The notes under the pieces: model-generated
What the model was told of the DNA's origin: nothing
Databases searched by the model: none
The model's input: only the letters and a program-made list of their open reading frames with translations
Made by a program: the position numbers and the translations under genes
Source of the DNA: Macrostomum lignano
Lineage: Eukaryota
NCBI GenBank assembly: GCA_002269645.1
Contig: NIVC01000035.1
Span: 620,001 to 684,000, forward strand
Length of the DNA stretch: 64,000 nucleotides
Direction: 5' to 3'
Shown: one piece after another, positions 49,053-61,600 of the stretch
How the letters are laid out: every line of letters begins with the position of its first letter
Position numbering within the stretch: position 1 is the first letter of the stretch

Positions 49053-50066
49053 TCAGTCGTCATTCTCGCCGCAAAAACTCGCCGCCCAGATGCTGTACCG
49101 CCGCCATTCCTCATCGCTCACTGAGGCGTGGCACTCTGCCAGCACGCGGCCAATATCGGCGCTGTCAAGTTGCAGCAGATCCGGGTTGTCAACCAGCCTC
49201 ACCCGCTGATCAACCAGCCGTTTAATTGGGAAGTTGGCGGCCTGGTGCAGCAGGCAGACCAGGTCTCGTGGCGACATGCCTTCGCTAGCGGACAGGATCG
49301 CTTCCAGCATAGCCGGCTGCGTCAAATTCTCGATAGCATCGTCGCTGCCGTTGAAATCCGCCGACCTCAACGAGAACTGGAACGGCGCCCAGGCGTCCTT
49401 GAGCTTGGCCAGGCCTGCCAGAATTCGCCGCCTCTCCGCTCGACCTGGCGCTCTGGACAAGCAGACGGTGCTGCGCTTGAGCAGATCTCGGAGTCTGGGC
49501 TGCTCCGACATCAGCTGCCAGGGGCGGCAGGTGGACAGCACGACAGGAAGTTTGCCGCAGGTCAACAGACAGTCAGTCAGCTCCGAGAGCGCCCTGCCAG
49601 CGCCGCTGTCAACGGAGCCTCCAAGCAGAACGTCCAGGTTGTCAATGGCAAGTAGGTACCTCCTCGGCTGCTGACCCTGCTGACTCTGCAGGTGTTGAAA
49701 CAGTCGACGAGATTCTCCTTCGGAGTTGAGCAGAGCTTGAGCAGGCACTCGCAGTACAGCTAGGTCACTTGAGTACTCCACGGCTAGGCAGGAGATGAGG
49801 TGCGTCTTGCCGCTGCCTGGCGGTCCAGTGAGCAGCAGGGAAGATCGGATCTTCGCTGACGAGCCCTGAGAGAGATTCTGCTGAATAGTGATGAGGCCCT
49901 CCTCATCCAGGCCCGAGCAGCTGGACAAATCTTGTCCGTCAGCCCGAAGGCGATACTGGCTGTCCCAATCGACGCTTCTAGTTGGCATTTCGGCGTCGCT
50001 GTCAAAGTTGCTGCAACTAACAGAGACTAGCGGAGTCTGCAGGAGCAGCCTGTAGCGCCTGTACAT
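49053..50066 (-). CDS. Divergent katanin-p60/Vps4-clade AAA+ protein with degenerate catalytic motifs (337 aa, single coding exon)
   Basis: Walker A LLLTGPPGSGKT, Walker B-like LLAIDNLD, RPW in the second region of homology, EGMSPRDL, and Vps4_C-like tail SVSDEEWRRYSIWAASF. Confidence 0.8.
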   Translation of the reverse strand: MYRRYRLLLQTPLVSVSCSNFDSDAEMPTRSVDWDSQYRLRADGQDLSSCSGLDEEGLITIQQNLSQGSSAKIRSSLLLTGPPGSGKTHLISCLAVEYSSDLAVLRVPAQALLNSEGESRRLFQHLQSQQGQQPRRYLLAIDNLDVLLGGSVDSGAGRALSELTDCLLTCGKLPVVLSTCRPWQLMSEQPRLRDLLKRSTVCLSRAPGRAERRRILAGLAKLKDAWAPFQFSLRSADFNGSDDAIENLTQPAMLEAILSASEGMSPRDLVCLLHQAANFPIKRLVDQRVRLVDNPDLLQLDSADIGRVLAECHASVSDEEWRRYSIWAASFCGENDD

Positions 50067-50414
50067 CTGAGACGGCTCTGCGGGGGGTTTATAGAGGCAA
50101 TTGGGGCCGCTTGCAGTTGCGAGTGACTTGGGTTAGCGGGGCTCTCATTGGCCAAGACAGGAGAGAATTGCAAGGAGAGACACAAGACTTAGAAGAGCGC
50201 CTGGCTAGTTCTTCTGCATGGGTTTGCGAGTTGTTCTATTCTGGCTAAAGCTCTTTCCTATCCAATCCATTCTCACTCTTTGACTGAGCAGTTTAAGAGT
50301 TTAAGTGGCGATACGCATGGCTGACTCGGAACAGGGAGAAACTGGCATATTTAGCAGCGCCAGGAATTGTGAACTTGAGCTTTGTATGTGATCTGAATTG
50401 GGCCTGAGGGTCGG

Positions 50415-50492
50415 TTGTAGTGTCTGTTGTAGTGACTGTTGTAGTGACTGTTGTAGTGTCTGTTGTAGTGTCTGTTGTAGTGTCTGTTGTAG

Positions 50493-50535
<43 letters not shown>

Positions 50536-50568
50536 GTGTCTGTCTGTCTGTGTGTCTGTCTGTCTGTG

Positions 50569-50619
<51 letters not shown>

Positions 50620-50628
50620 GTGTCTGTG

Positions 50629-50665
<37 letters not shown>
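50415..50665. repeat. 12-bp (TGTTGTAGTGTC) repeat grading into (GTCT)n
   Basis: Direct inspection. Confidence 0.93.
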
Positions 50666-50666
<1 letters not shown>

Positions 50667-51039
50667 CTCTCCAGATTTAATGCTTAGTCTGTCTTTCTAC
50701 GGTCCAGGTCTCCCTATAGGGCTGATATTTTCTCATCAATTTCGCAGAGTTCGCAGATTGCCCTTGTGCCTGTATGAGTCTCCATGAGTACTGGGTACAA
50801 CTAAAGCTTTTTGCTCCCATTTTCGTCTTCATTTCATTCAAACTTTGCTCAAATTTCCTTGTTGGTTTTTTCTTCAGCGCGACGGTCAAAATCCATGCTC
50901 AACTGCCTCGTCCATTTCCCACACTGGGGCCTGTTCTCACAGCAAATATTGCCCTTCTGCATTCAGCAATCGGCATTCAGATTAAGTATAATTTCAAGCA
51001 GTATAATTTATAAACATTTATAAACTCTACTGCAGTTTA

Positions 51040-52515
51040 TACACCTCCTGACACTCACTGATCAGACACCTCCTGACACTCACTGTTCAGACACCCCTGA
51101 CACTCACTGTTCAGACACCCCTGACACTCACTGATCAGACACCCCTGACACTCACTGATCAGACACCCCTGACACTCACTGATCTGACACCCCTGACACT
51201 CACTGTTCAGACACCCCTGACACTGTTCAGACACCACTGACACTCACTGTTCAGACACCCCTGACACTCACTGTTCAGACACCCCTGACACTGTTCAGAC
51301 ACCACTGACACTCACTGTTCAGACACCACTGACACTCACTGTTCAGACACCCCTGACACTCACTGTTCAGACACCCCTGACACTCACTGTTCAGACACCA
51401 CTGACACACACTGTTCAGACACCCCTGACACTCACTGTTCAGACACCACTGACACACACTGTTCAGACACCACTGACACTGTTCAGACACCACTGACACT
51501 CACTGTTCAGACACCCCTGACACTCACTGTTCAGACACCCCTGACACACACTGTTCAGACACCCCTGACACTCACTGTTCAGACACCCCTGACACTCACT
51601 GTTCAGACACCCCTGACACTCACTGTTCAGACACCACTGACACACACTGTTCAGACACCCCTGACACTCACTGTTCAGACACCACTGACACACAATGTTC
51701 AGACACCACTGACACTGTTCAGACACCACTGACACTCACTGTTCAGACACCCCTGACACTCACTGTTCAGACATCCCTGACACTCACTGTTCAGACACCC
51801 CTGACACTCACTGTTCAGACACCCCTGACACTCACTGTTCAGACACCCCTGACACTCACTGTTCAGACACCACTGACACACACTGTTCAGACACCCCTGA
51901 CACTCACTGTTCAGACACCCCTGACACTCACTGTTCAGACACCCCTGACACTCACTGTTCAGACACCACTGACACACACTGTTCAGACACCCCTGACACT
52001 CACTGTTCAGACACCCCTGACACTCACTGTTCAGACACCACTGACACTCACTGTTCAGACACCCCTGACACTCACTGTTCAGACACCACTGACACACACT
52101 GTTCAGACACCCCTGACACTCACTGTTCAGACACCACTGACACTCACTGTTCAGACACCCCTGACACTCACTGTTCAGACACCACTGACACTGTTCAGAC
52201 ACCCCTGACATTCACTTTTCAGACACTTCTGACACTCACTGTTCAGACACCACTGACACACACTGTTCAGACACCACTGACACACACTGTTCAGACACCA
52301 CTGACACTGTTCAGACACCCCTGACATTCACTTTTCAGACACTTCTGACACACACTGTTCAGACACCCCTGACACTCACTGTTCAGACACCACTGACACA
52401 CACTGTTCAGACACCCCTGACACTCACTGTTCAGACACCACTGACACACACTGTTCAGACACCACTGACACTGTTCAGACACCCCTGACATTCACTTTTC
52501 AGACACTTCTGACAC
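51040..52515. repeat. 24-bp minisatellite (CAGACACCMCTGACACTCACTGTT)
   Basis: 8-aa periodicity. Confidence 0.95.
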
Positions 52516-52945
52516 CAAATGATTGACAAATGCTCAACTGAAAAACTTACCAAAATGAAGAACTTTACTCACAGATCAATGAGATCAATTTTAACTTCTC
52601 ACAATTGAATGGATTTGAAATTTGTCTATACAGCAACTGTCTCAATGCTTACAGGTTTTTCTTTAAAACTCAATCAATTGTTTAGCAAGCTACACAAAGG
52701 CTCAAAACTGTACTCAAGTTGCGAGTTGATTTAGATTGAGCCAACCTTATACTAAGCTATTGAGTTGGCTCAAATTGTACAGCCTTCCCAGCTTTTAGAA
52801 TTACTTTCAACCCCAAGTCCACTGGGTAGGCTGGCTTGGTCAGTCAATAATTCTCTCTTCCCCACCCTGAAAGTCCATCTCTGACCAATTCTATAAATAT
52901 AATCCACCGCTGCTAATAGGTGAGCGTGCTCAACTATGGACTCGC

Positions 52946-52959
52946 GTTGCCATGGAGAC
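52946..52959. promoter_or_regulatory. RFX X-box in a short unique, promoter-like segment
   Basis: GTTGCCATGGAGAC, with CCAAT (52885) and TATAAA (52892) nearby. Confidence 0.55.
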
Positions 52960-53271
52960 GACCGCGGTTGGATTTCGGGGTAGGGGGAGGAAGCGATTTT
53001 AGTGGAGTGGGAAGCGCAGAAGAAATTATCCCAATAGTGGCCACTACTTATTGTTGAGCACCTGTCTGCTAGAGAGAAAGAGGGTGACAGCTCAATTGTG
53101 GTTTGATTGACGTCTTATCTGAAGGATATTTGAGAAGCATATTACCCGTATATTGATAAGAATCGATTCAAACTGATTGTATTTTTATCAGCAGCTGTGT
53201 GAATTTAAAGAAGAATTAAAAAATGAAATAAAAAATTTGCGTAGCCGATACGTTGGAGAGGGAAAATGACA

Positions 53272-55345
53272 GCGAGAGCGAGAGGGAGAGGGAGAGGGAG
53301 AGGGAGAGGGAGAGGGAGAGGGGGGAGAGGGAGAGGGAGAGGGAGAGGGGACGGAAAAGGAGAGGGAGAGGGAGACGGAGAGGGGGACGGAAAAGGAGAG
53401 GGAGAGGGAGACGGACAGGGAGAGGGAGAGGGAGAGGGAGAGGGAGAGGGAGAGGGAGACGGACAGGGAGAGGGAGAGGGAGAGGGAGAGGGAGAGGGAG
53501 AGGGAGACGGAGAGGGGGACGGAAAAGGAGAGGGAGAGGGAGACGGACAGGGAGAGGGAGAGGGAGAGGGAGAGGGAGACGGAGAGGGAGAGGGAGAGGG
53601 AGAGGGAGAGGGAGACGGAGACGGAGAAGTGTAAAGTGAAGTTGGGAGATAAGAGGAGGTAGAGTTTAACAGAGTGAGAGGTGGTGTAGAAGGGATTTCC
53701 AGAAGATGGAGAGGAAGCGGACAGTGAGTTATAGAGAAGTAAAGGCAGTGAGTGATGAGATAGGCATGAGAGCTGCAACCAGGTCAGAACTAGATTCAGT
53801 TTAGTTGCAAGCACCAGCATATACTCGCAGCAGCACAGTTCCTCTGGACCGAGAGGCCGAATAGAAGTGCAGACAGGCATATAAAGGTTAGGCGCTCATT
53901 TGTTTGCAAATTAAATTTTCTGACCTCTCGCTAACTTAGTCTGGCTCTCTGCGGCGCTGAGCTTAAAAAACCTTAAAAGACCCGAAAGCAGTTTTTGCCT
54001 GCGGGTAAAAATGTATTGCAGCAGGCAGTCCTGCTGTGTCATACGCTCTTAGTTCCTTTCAAATCACAGGATTTCTGATCTGTTCTCTTCACCGGAGAGA
54101 GAAAAGGGACAGTGATAAGAGAGAGAGAGAGGGAGAGAGGGTAGAAGGTCGAAGGGGGGAGGGAGAGAGGGAGAGAGGGAGAGAGGGAGAGAGGGAGAGA
54201 GGGAGAGAGGGAGAGAGGGGAGAGAGTGAGAGGGGAGAGAGATGAGAGAGTGAAAGGGGAGAGGGAGAGAGTGAGAGGGGAGAGAGTGAGAGGGGGAGAG
54301 GGAGAGAGGGAGAGAGTTGTAGTGAGTTGCAAGTGTACTTGTATGCGCCAGTCGCTGGAGCGGGGTTGGGGGTTGCTATTGTACAGCATGTACGTGCTTT
54401 CCACCCACCCCTGTCTCTATCTTTCTACCCAATTATATAACCATCTTTGTATCGAGGGAGAGAGGGGAGAGGAGGAGAAGGAGAGAGAGAGGGAGAGAGG
54501 GGGAGAGGGGTGAGGGGGAGAGGGGTGAGGGGAGAGGGGTGAGGGGGAGAGGGGTGAGGCGAGAGGGGTGAGGGGGAGAGGGGTGAGGCGAGAGGGGTGA
54601 GGGGGAGAGGGGTGAGGCGAGAGGGGTGAGGGGAGAGGGTGAGGGGGAGAGGTGAGGGGAGAGAGGTGAGGGGAGAAGGGTGAGGGGGAGAGGAGTGAGG
54701 GGGAGAGGGGTGAGGGGGAGAGGGGTGAGGCGAGAGAGGGGTGAGGAAGAGAGGGAGAGAGAGAGGGAGAGAGGGGGAGAGGCGTGAGGGGGAGAGGGTG
54801 AGGGGGAGAGGGGTGAGGCGAGAGGGGTGAGGGGTGAGGGGGAGAGGGGTGAGGGGAGAGAGGTGAGGGGAGAGGGGTGAGGCGAGAGGGGTGAGGGGAG
54901 AGGGGTGAGGCGAGAGGGGTGAGGGGGAGAGGGGTGAGGCGAGAGGGGTGAGGGGGAGAGGGGTGAGGGGAGAGGTGAGGGGAGAGAGGTGAGGGGAGAG
55001 GGGTGAGGGGAGAGGAGTGAGGGGAGAGGGGTGAGGGGGAGAGGGGTGAGGCGAGAGAGGGGTGAGGAAGAGAGGGAGAGAGAGAGGGAGAGAGGGGGAG
55101 AGGCGTGAGGGGGAGAGGGGTGAGGGGGAGAGGGGTGAGGCGAGAGGGGTGAGGGGTGAGGGGGAGGGGGTGAGGGGAGAGAGGTGAGGGGGAGAGGGGT
55201 GAGGGGGAGAGGGGTGAGGGGAGAGAGGTGAGGGGAGAGGGGTGAGGGGGAGAGGGGTGAGGGGGAGAGGGGTGAGGGGGAGAGGGGTGAGGGGGAGAGG
55301 GTGAGGGGGAGAGGGGTGAGGGGGAGAGGGGTGAGGGAGAGAGGT
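53272..55345. repeat. Three G/A-rich tracts (53272-53630, 54115-54315, 54455-55345) with many G4-G5 runs
   Basis: Direct inspection. Confidence 0.9.
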
Positions 55346-55627
55346 AAGTAGCGGAAGATAAATATAATAAGAGGGAGATAAGTAGCGGACATGTCAAAAT
55401 ATTTCCGGTCGTAATTATATATTTTTTTCGAAAATAGGTCGTAATAAAATCGAATTATAACAAAAAACATTCGCGGCTCAACACGGCCATAAAGCATCAA
55501 ATCTATACAAATTCTTAAGAAATACAAAAGTAAAGCATCGCGCTGACAAACTACTCACAGTAGACGATGCGCAGTTTATTTTCTAATAAATAATAAAAAA
55601 TCAAACAATCCAAAGAGTTGCTAAGGC

Positions 55628-58600
55628 CTACTTCTTGCCCGACTTAGTCGATTTCTTTTTCGACTGCTTCTTGGCATGGTGCTTGCGGCCTTTGGCTGGC
55701 GTTGGTGACTTCTTATTGCCGAGCGGAGTCTCCACCGATAGCGGCTTCAGCAGTGTGGGCGGTGCAGCATCTACAGGAGCAGCCACAACTCCCGAGTCGG
55801 TGGCCCGACGCCCGAAGAAGACATCAGCCAGTGACACCGTGCCGAGTTCTTCGCTGACTCTCTGCCTCGGTGCGCCCTCAGTCAGGATGTCATTGTGATA
55901 TGACTTCAGCCTCTGCTGCAGGTTGCGCTCCTGGATCTTCATCATCCGCTCCTTGCGACGCTGGTCCGAAAGCCTTCGCTGAACTTCCTGGATTGGGATT
56001 GGGGATTGAGTTGCTGTTGCTATGACTCAAGCTCGAAACTTCTCAAGCTCGAAATTTCTCAAACTCGAAACTTCTCAAACTCGAAACTTCTCAAACTCAA
56101 AACTTCTCAAACTCGAAACTTCTCAAACTCGAAACTTCTCAAGCTCGAAACTTCTCAAACTCGAAACTTCTCAAACTCGAAACTTCTCAAACTCAAAACT
56201 TCTCAAACTCGAAACTTCTCAAACTCGAAACTTCTCAAACTCGAAACTTCTCAAACTCGAAACTTCTCAAACTCGAAACTTCTCAAACTCAAAACTTCTC
56301 AAACTCGAAACTTCTCAAACTCGAAACTTCTCAAACTCGAAACTTCTCAAACTCGAAACTTCACTGTTGTCATCCGCAGCAACTGGATTGGTAATCTATG
56401 AGCATAGTTTGATCATAGATGAAGTATTATAATATATGTAGATTGCTAGCCCATCTCACTTGTAGTTGATGTCGCCCTTCAGCTTCTCTTCTTTGTTGCG
56501 ACCTTCTCCGCCCTTTTTCAGCTGGTAGATTAGCTCCTCCACCTCATTCTCTTTGAGTTTAATTCCTGCTTTCTGCAATTGTTGCAAAAATAACCTGAAT
56601 TTTGAATTGCAAATCATCATAGGTAATTTATTTGGATTAAGTGACGTCCTAGTCTAAAAGGTAATAAACAGTTTAACAGGTAACAAAACAGTCTAACAGG
56701 TAACACAACAGTCTAACAGGTAACACAACAGTCTAACAGGTAACACAACAGTCTAACAAACTGGTAAAACAACAGTCCAACAGGTAACACAACAGTCTAA
56801 CAGGTAACACAACAGTCTAACAGGTAACACAACGGTCTAACAAACTGGTAAAACAACAGTCCAACAGGTAACACAACAGTCTAACAGGTAACACAACAGT
56901 CTAACAGGTAACGCAACAGTCTAACAGGTAACACAACAGTCTAACAGGTAACACAACAGTCTAACAAACTGGTAAAACAACAGTCCAACAAGTAACACAA
57001 CAGTCTAACAGGTAACACAACAGTCTAACAGGTAACACAACAGTCTAACAAACTGGTAAAACAACAGTCCAACAGGTAACACAACAGTCTAACAGGTAAC
57101 GCAACAGTCTAACAGGTAACACAACAGTCTAACAAACTGGTAAAACAACAGTCTAACAAGTAACACAACAGTCTAACAGGTAACACAACAGTCTAACAGG
57201 TAACACAACAGTCTAACAAACTGGTAAAACAACAGTCCAACAGGTAACACAACAGTCTAACAGGTAACACAACAGTCTAACTGGTAAAACAACAGTCCAA
57301 CAGGTAACACAACAGTCTAACAGGTAACACATCAGTCTAACAGGTAACACATCAGTCTAACAGGTAACACATCAGTCTAACAGGTAACACAACAGTCTAA
57401 CAGGTAACACATCAGTCTAACAGGTAACAAAACAGTCTAACAGGTAACACATCAGTCTAACAGGTAACATATCAGTCTAACAGTTAACACATCAGTCTAG
57501 CAGGTAACACATCAGTCTAGCAGGTAACACATCAGTCTAACAGGTAACACATCAGTCTACCAGGTAACACATCAGTCTAACAGGTAACACAACAGTCTAA
57601 CTGGTAAAACAACAGTCTAACAGGTAACACAACAGTCTAACAGGTAACACACCCAGTAAAACAACTGACACCCTGACTTCCTCACCTGCAGCCTGGCCGT
57701 GAACTGGCCCTTTCCCATCTGCAGCATAACACTTTTATCAAACGTCCTGAGCAGTTCCAACGGCCTGAGCTGAAACCGCTCCATGTACTCAACTACCTGG
57801 GCCATGGGGTCGCGTCGCTGCTCCATTCTCTGGCCAATCAGATCGTGCGAGGGCAGGACTCCGTCGTGAAGGCAGCGAAATTCCCGACCAGCTCCAATTG
57901 TTTGAGCAAGCATTTCGAAATCGTTCGCAACACTGTTGCCCTGGGATGGAGTGGGATGGGGGTTCATTAGCTCCTTTGCTAAAATTCTAGATGTAAGACT
58001 GAGTGGAGGGGTAGATTCAGAGGGGTAGATTTAGAGAGGTAGATTTAAAGGGGTAGATTTAGAGAAGTAGATTCAGAGGGGTAGATTCAGAGGGATAGAT
58101 TCAGAGGGATAGATTAAGAGGGGTAGATTCAGAGGGTAGCTTCAGAAAGGTAGATATAGAGGGATAGATTCAGAGGGGTAGATTTAGAGGGGTAGATTCA
58201 GAGGGGTAGCTTCAGAAGGGTAGATATAGAGGGTTAAATTCAGAGGGGTAGATTTAGAGGGGTAGATTTAGAGGGATAGATTCAGAGGGGTAGCTTCAGA
58301 AAGGTAGATTCAGAGGGTTAGATTCAGAGGGGTAGATTTAGAGAGGTAGATTTAGAGGGGTAGATTCAGAGGGGTAGATTCAGAGGGCTAGATTCAGAGG
58401 AGTAGATTCAGAGGGGTAGATTCAGAGGAGTAGATTCAGAGGAATAGATTTAGAGGGGTAGATTTAGAGGGGTAGATTCAGAGGGGTAGCTTCAGAAAGG
58501 TAGATATAGAGGGTTAGATTCAAAGGGGTAGATTTAGAGGGGTAGATTTAGAGGGGTAGATTCAGAGGGGTAGATTTAGAGGGGTAGATTCAGAGGGATA

Positions 58601-61600
58601 GATTCAGAGGGGAAGCTTCAGAAAGGTAGATTCAGAGGGTTAGATTCAGAGGAGTAGATTCAGAGGAGTAGATTCAGAGGGCTAGATTCAGAGGGGTAGA
58701 TTCAGAGGGGTAGATTCAGAGGGGTAGATTTAGAGCGGTAGATTTAGAGGGGTAGATTCAGAGGGGTAGATTCAGAGGGGTAGATTCAGAGGGGTAGATT
58801 CAGAGGGTTAGATTCAGAGGGGTAGATTTAGAGGGGTAGATTCAGAGGGGTAGATTTAGAGGGGTAGATTTAGAGGGGTAGATTCAGAGGGGTAGATTCA
58901 GAGGGGTAGATTCAGAGGGGTAGATTCAGAGGGGTAGATTCAGAGGGTTAGATTCAGAGGGGTAGATTCAGAGGGGTAGATTCAGAGGGGTAGATTTAGA
59001 GGGGTAGATTCAGAGGGGTAGATTCAGAGGGTTAGATTCAGAGGGGTAGATTCAGAGGGGTAGATTCAGAGGGGTAAGAAACAAAAGGATTTGTGTAGAT
59101 TTCGTGGGCGATCATGCAAATATTTCAGAAACGAAGTCTGCTTCTTATAATGCTACTAATGCAATAGTGCACTTTGATTTGCTTTCTTATTTTCTCATAT
59201 TTATTATTATTGAATCGTTACCCTCAAATCCAGTAGGCTGATGGAGCAGTTCAGGCCGGTCAGGGACTCCAGGATGTCCATACAGCCGGTGGTTGACAAT
59301 GGATTGCCACCGATCTGAAGTTAACGAATGAGTGAGTGAGTGAGTGAGTGAGTGAGTGAGTGAGTGAGTGAGTGAGTGAGTGAGTGAGTGAGTGAGTGAG
59401 TGAGTGAGTGAGTGAGTGAGTGAGTGAGTGAGTGAGTGAGTGAGTGAGTGAGTGAGTGAGTGAGTGAGTGAGTGAGTGAGTGAGTGAGTGAGTGAGTGAG
59501 TGAGTGAGTGAGTGAGTGAGTGAGTGAGTGAGTGAGTGAGTGAGCGTGTGAGTGAGTGAGTGAGTGAGTGAGTGAGTGAGTGAGTGAGTGAGTGAGTGAG
59601 TGAGTGAGTGAGTGAGTGAGTGAGTGAGTGAGTGAGTGAGTGAGTGAGTGAATGAGTGAGTGAGTGAGTGAGTGAGTGAGTGAGTGAGTGAGTGAGTGAG
59701 TGAGTGAGTGAGTGAGTGAGTGAGTGAGTGAGTGAATGAGTGAGTGAGTGAGTGAGTGAGTGAGTGAGTGAGTGAGTGAGTGAGTGAGTGAGTGAGTGAG
59801 TGAGTGAGTGAGTGAGTGAGTGAGTGAGTGAGTGAGTGAGTGAGTGAGTGAGTGAGTGAGTGAGTGAGTGAGTGAGTGAGTGAGTGAGTGAGTGAGTGAG
59901 TGAGTGAGTGAGTGAGTGAGTGAGTGAGTGAGTGAGTGAGTGAGTGAGTGAGTGTGTGAGTGAGTGAGTGAGTGAGTGAATGAGTGAGTGTGTGAGTGAG
60001 TGAGTGAGTGAGTGAGTGAGTGAGCGTGTGAGTGAGTGAGTGAGTGAGTGAGTGAGTGAGTGAGTGAGTGAGTGAGTGAGTGTGTGAGTGAGTGAGTGAG
60101 TGAGTGAGTGAGTGAGTGAGTGAGTGAGTGCAGAGCTCACCCTCAGCGTCTCCAGATAGCAGTTGGCCCGCAGGCCGTTGGCCACCAGGGTGGCGCCCTG
60201 CCAGTTGATGCGGCAGTGGCTCACGTCCAGCTCCCGGACGTATTTGTTGCCCTTCAGCAGCTCGGCGAGTGCCAGCGCCCCCTCGTAGCCGAAGCCGTTC
60301 CAGGCCAGGCTGACCTGCGCCAGGCTGACATTCCGTCGAACGCCCTGACAGAGGCCGACTGCGCCAACTTTGCGCGCCCGGCACCAGCTGATGTCCAGCT
60401 CCTCCAGGATGAAGTTCTCGGCCAGAGCTCGGCCGATGTACAAGGCGCCAGTCTCCGAGAATCTGTTGTTGCTGATGTTCAACCGGCGAACTGATTCGTT
60501 CTCTTCGATGCCGAGGGCGATGAACTTGCCGCCTTCTTCGCCGATCTGGTTGCCTGCAAGCGATGATTGATGTTTGATGATTGATGATTGATGATTGATG
60601 ATTGATTATTGATTATTGATGATTAATGATTGATGATTGATGATTGATGATTGATGATTGATGATTGATGATTGATGATTGATGATTGATGATTGATGAT
60701 TGATGATTGATGATTGATGATTGATGTTTGATGATTGATGATTGATGTTTGATGTTTGATGATTGATGTTTGATGATTGATGATTGATGATTGATGATTG
60801 ATGATTGATGATTGATGATTGATGATTAATGATTGATGATTGATGATTGATGATTGATGATTGATGATTAATGATTGATGATTGATGATTAATGATTGAT
60901 GATTGATGATTGATGATTGATGATTGATGATTGATGATTGATGATTGATGATTGATGATTGATGTTTGATGATTGATGATTGATGTTTGATGATTGATGA
61001 TTGATGATTGATGATTGATGATTGATGATTGATGATTGATGATTGATGATTAATGATTGGTCATTGATCTTTGATGTTTGATGTTTAATGTTTGATTTGC
61101 GGTGTATCATGCATGAATGAGTTTTTGTCAGGTTTGAAAACCTTGCATTGGAAATAATCAGCTTCTTACTACTCAAGTCCAGCGTGTGAATTGTTGCATT
61201 GGCCTTCATCATGTCTGCCACAGCAATGGAACCCTTGTCTCCGATGCAGTTTGAGGCCAGAATCTGAAACATTCAAAATTCACGCTTGTATTACATCTCT
61301 CTCACCCACATCACTCCCGTCCCTCACATCCACATCACTCCCGTCCCTCTCACCCACCTCACTCCCGTCCCTCTCACCCACCTCACTCCCGTCCCTCTCA
61401 CCCACCTCACTCCCGTCCCTCACATCCACATCACTCCCGTCCCTCTCACCCACCTCACTCCCGTCCCTCACATCCACATCACTCCCGTCCCTCTCACCCA
61501 CCTCACTCCCGTCCCTCACATCCACATCACTCCCGTCCCTCTCACCCACCTCACTCCCTTCCCTCTCACCCACCTCACTCCGTCCCTCACATCCACATCA

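Noticed and set aside
56360-56382. 23-nt micro-exon with in-frame TGA (selenocysteine?) to fix the LRRC74 phase
   Set aside because: It introduces a stop with no SECIS evidence; the 1-nt indel explanation yields a better EF-hand sequence.
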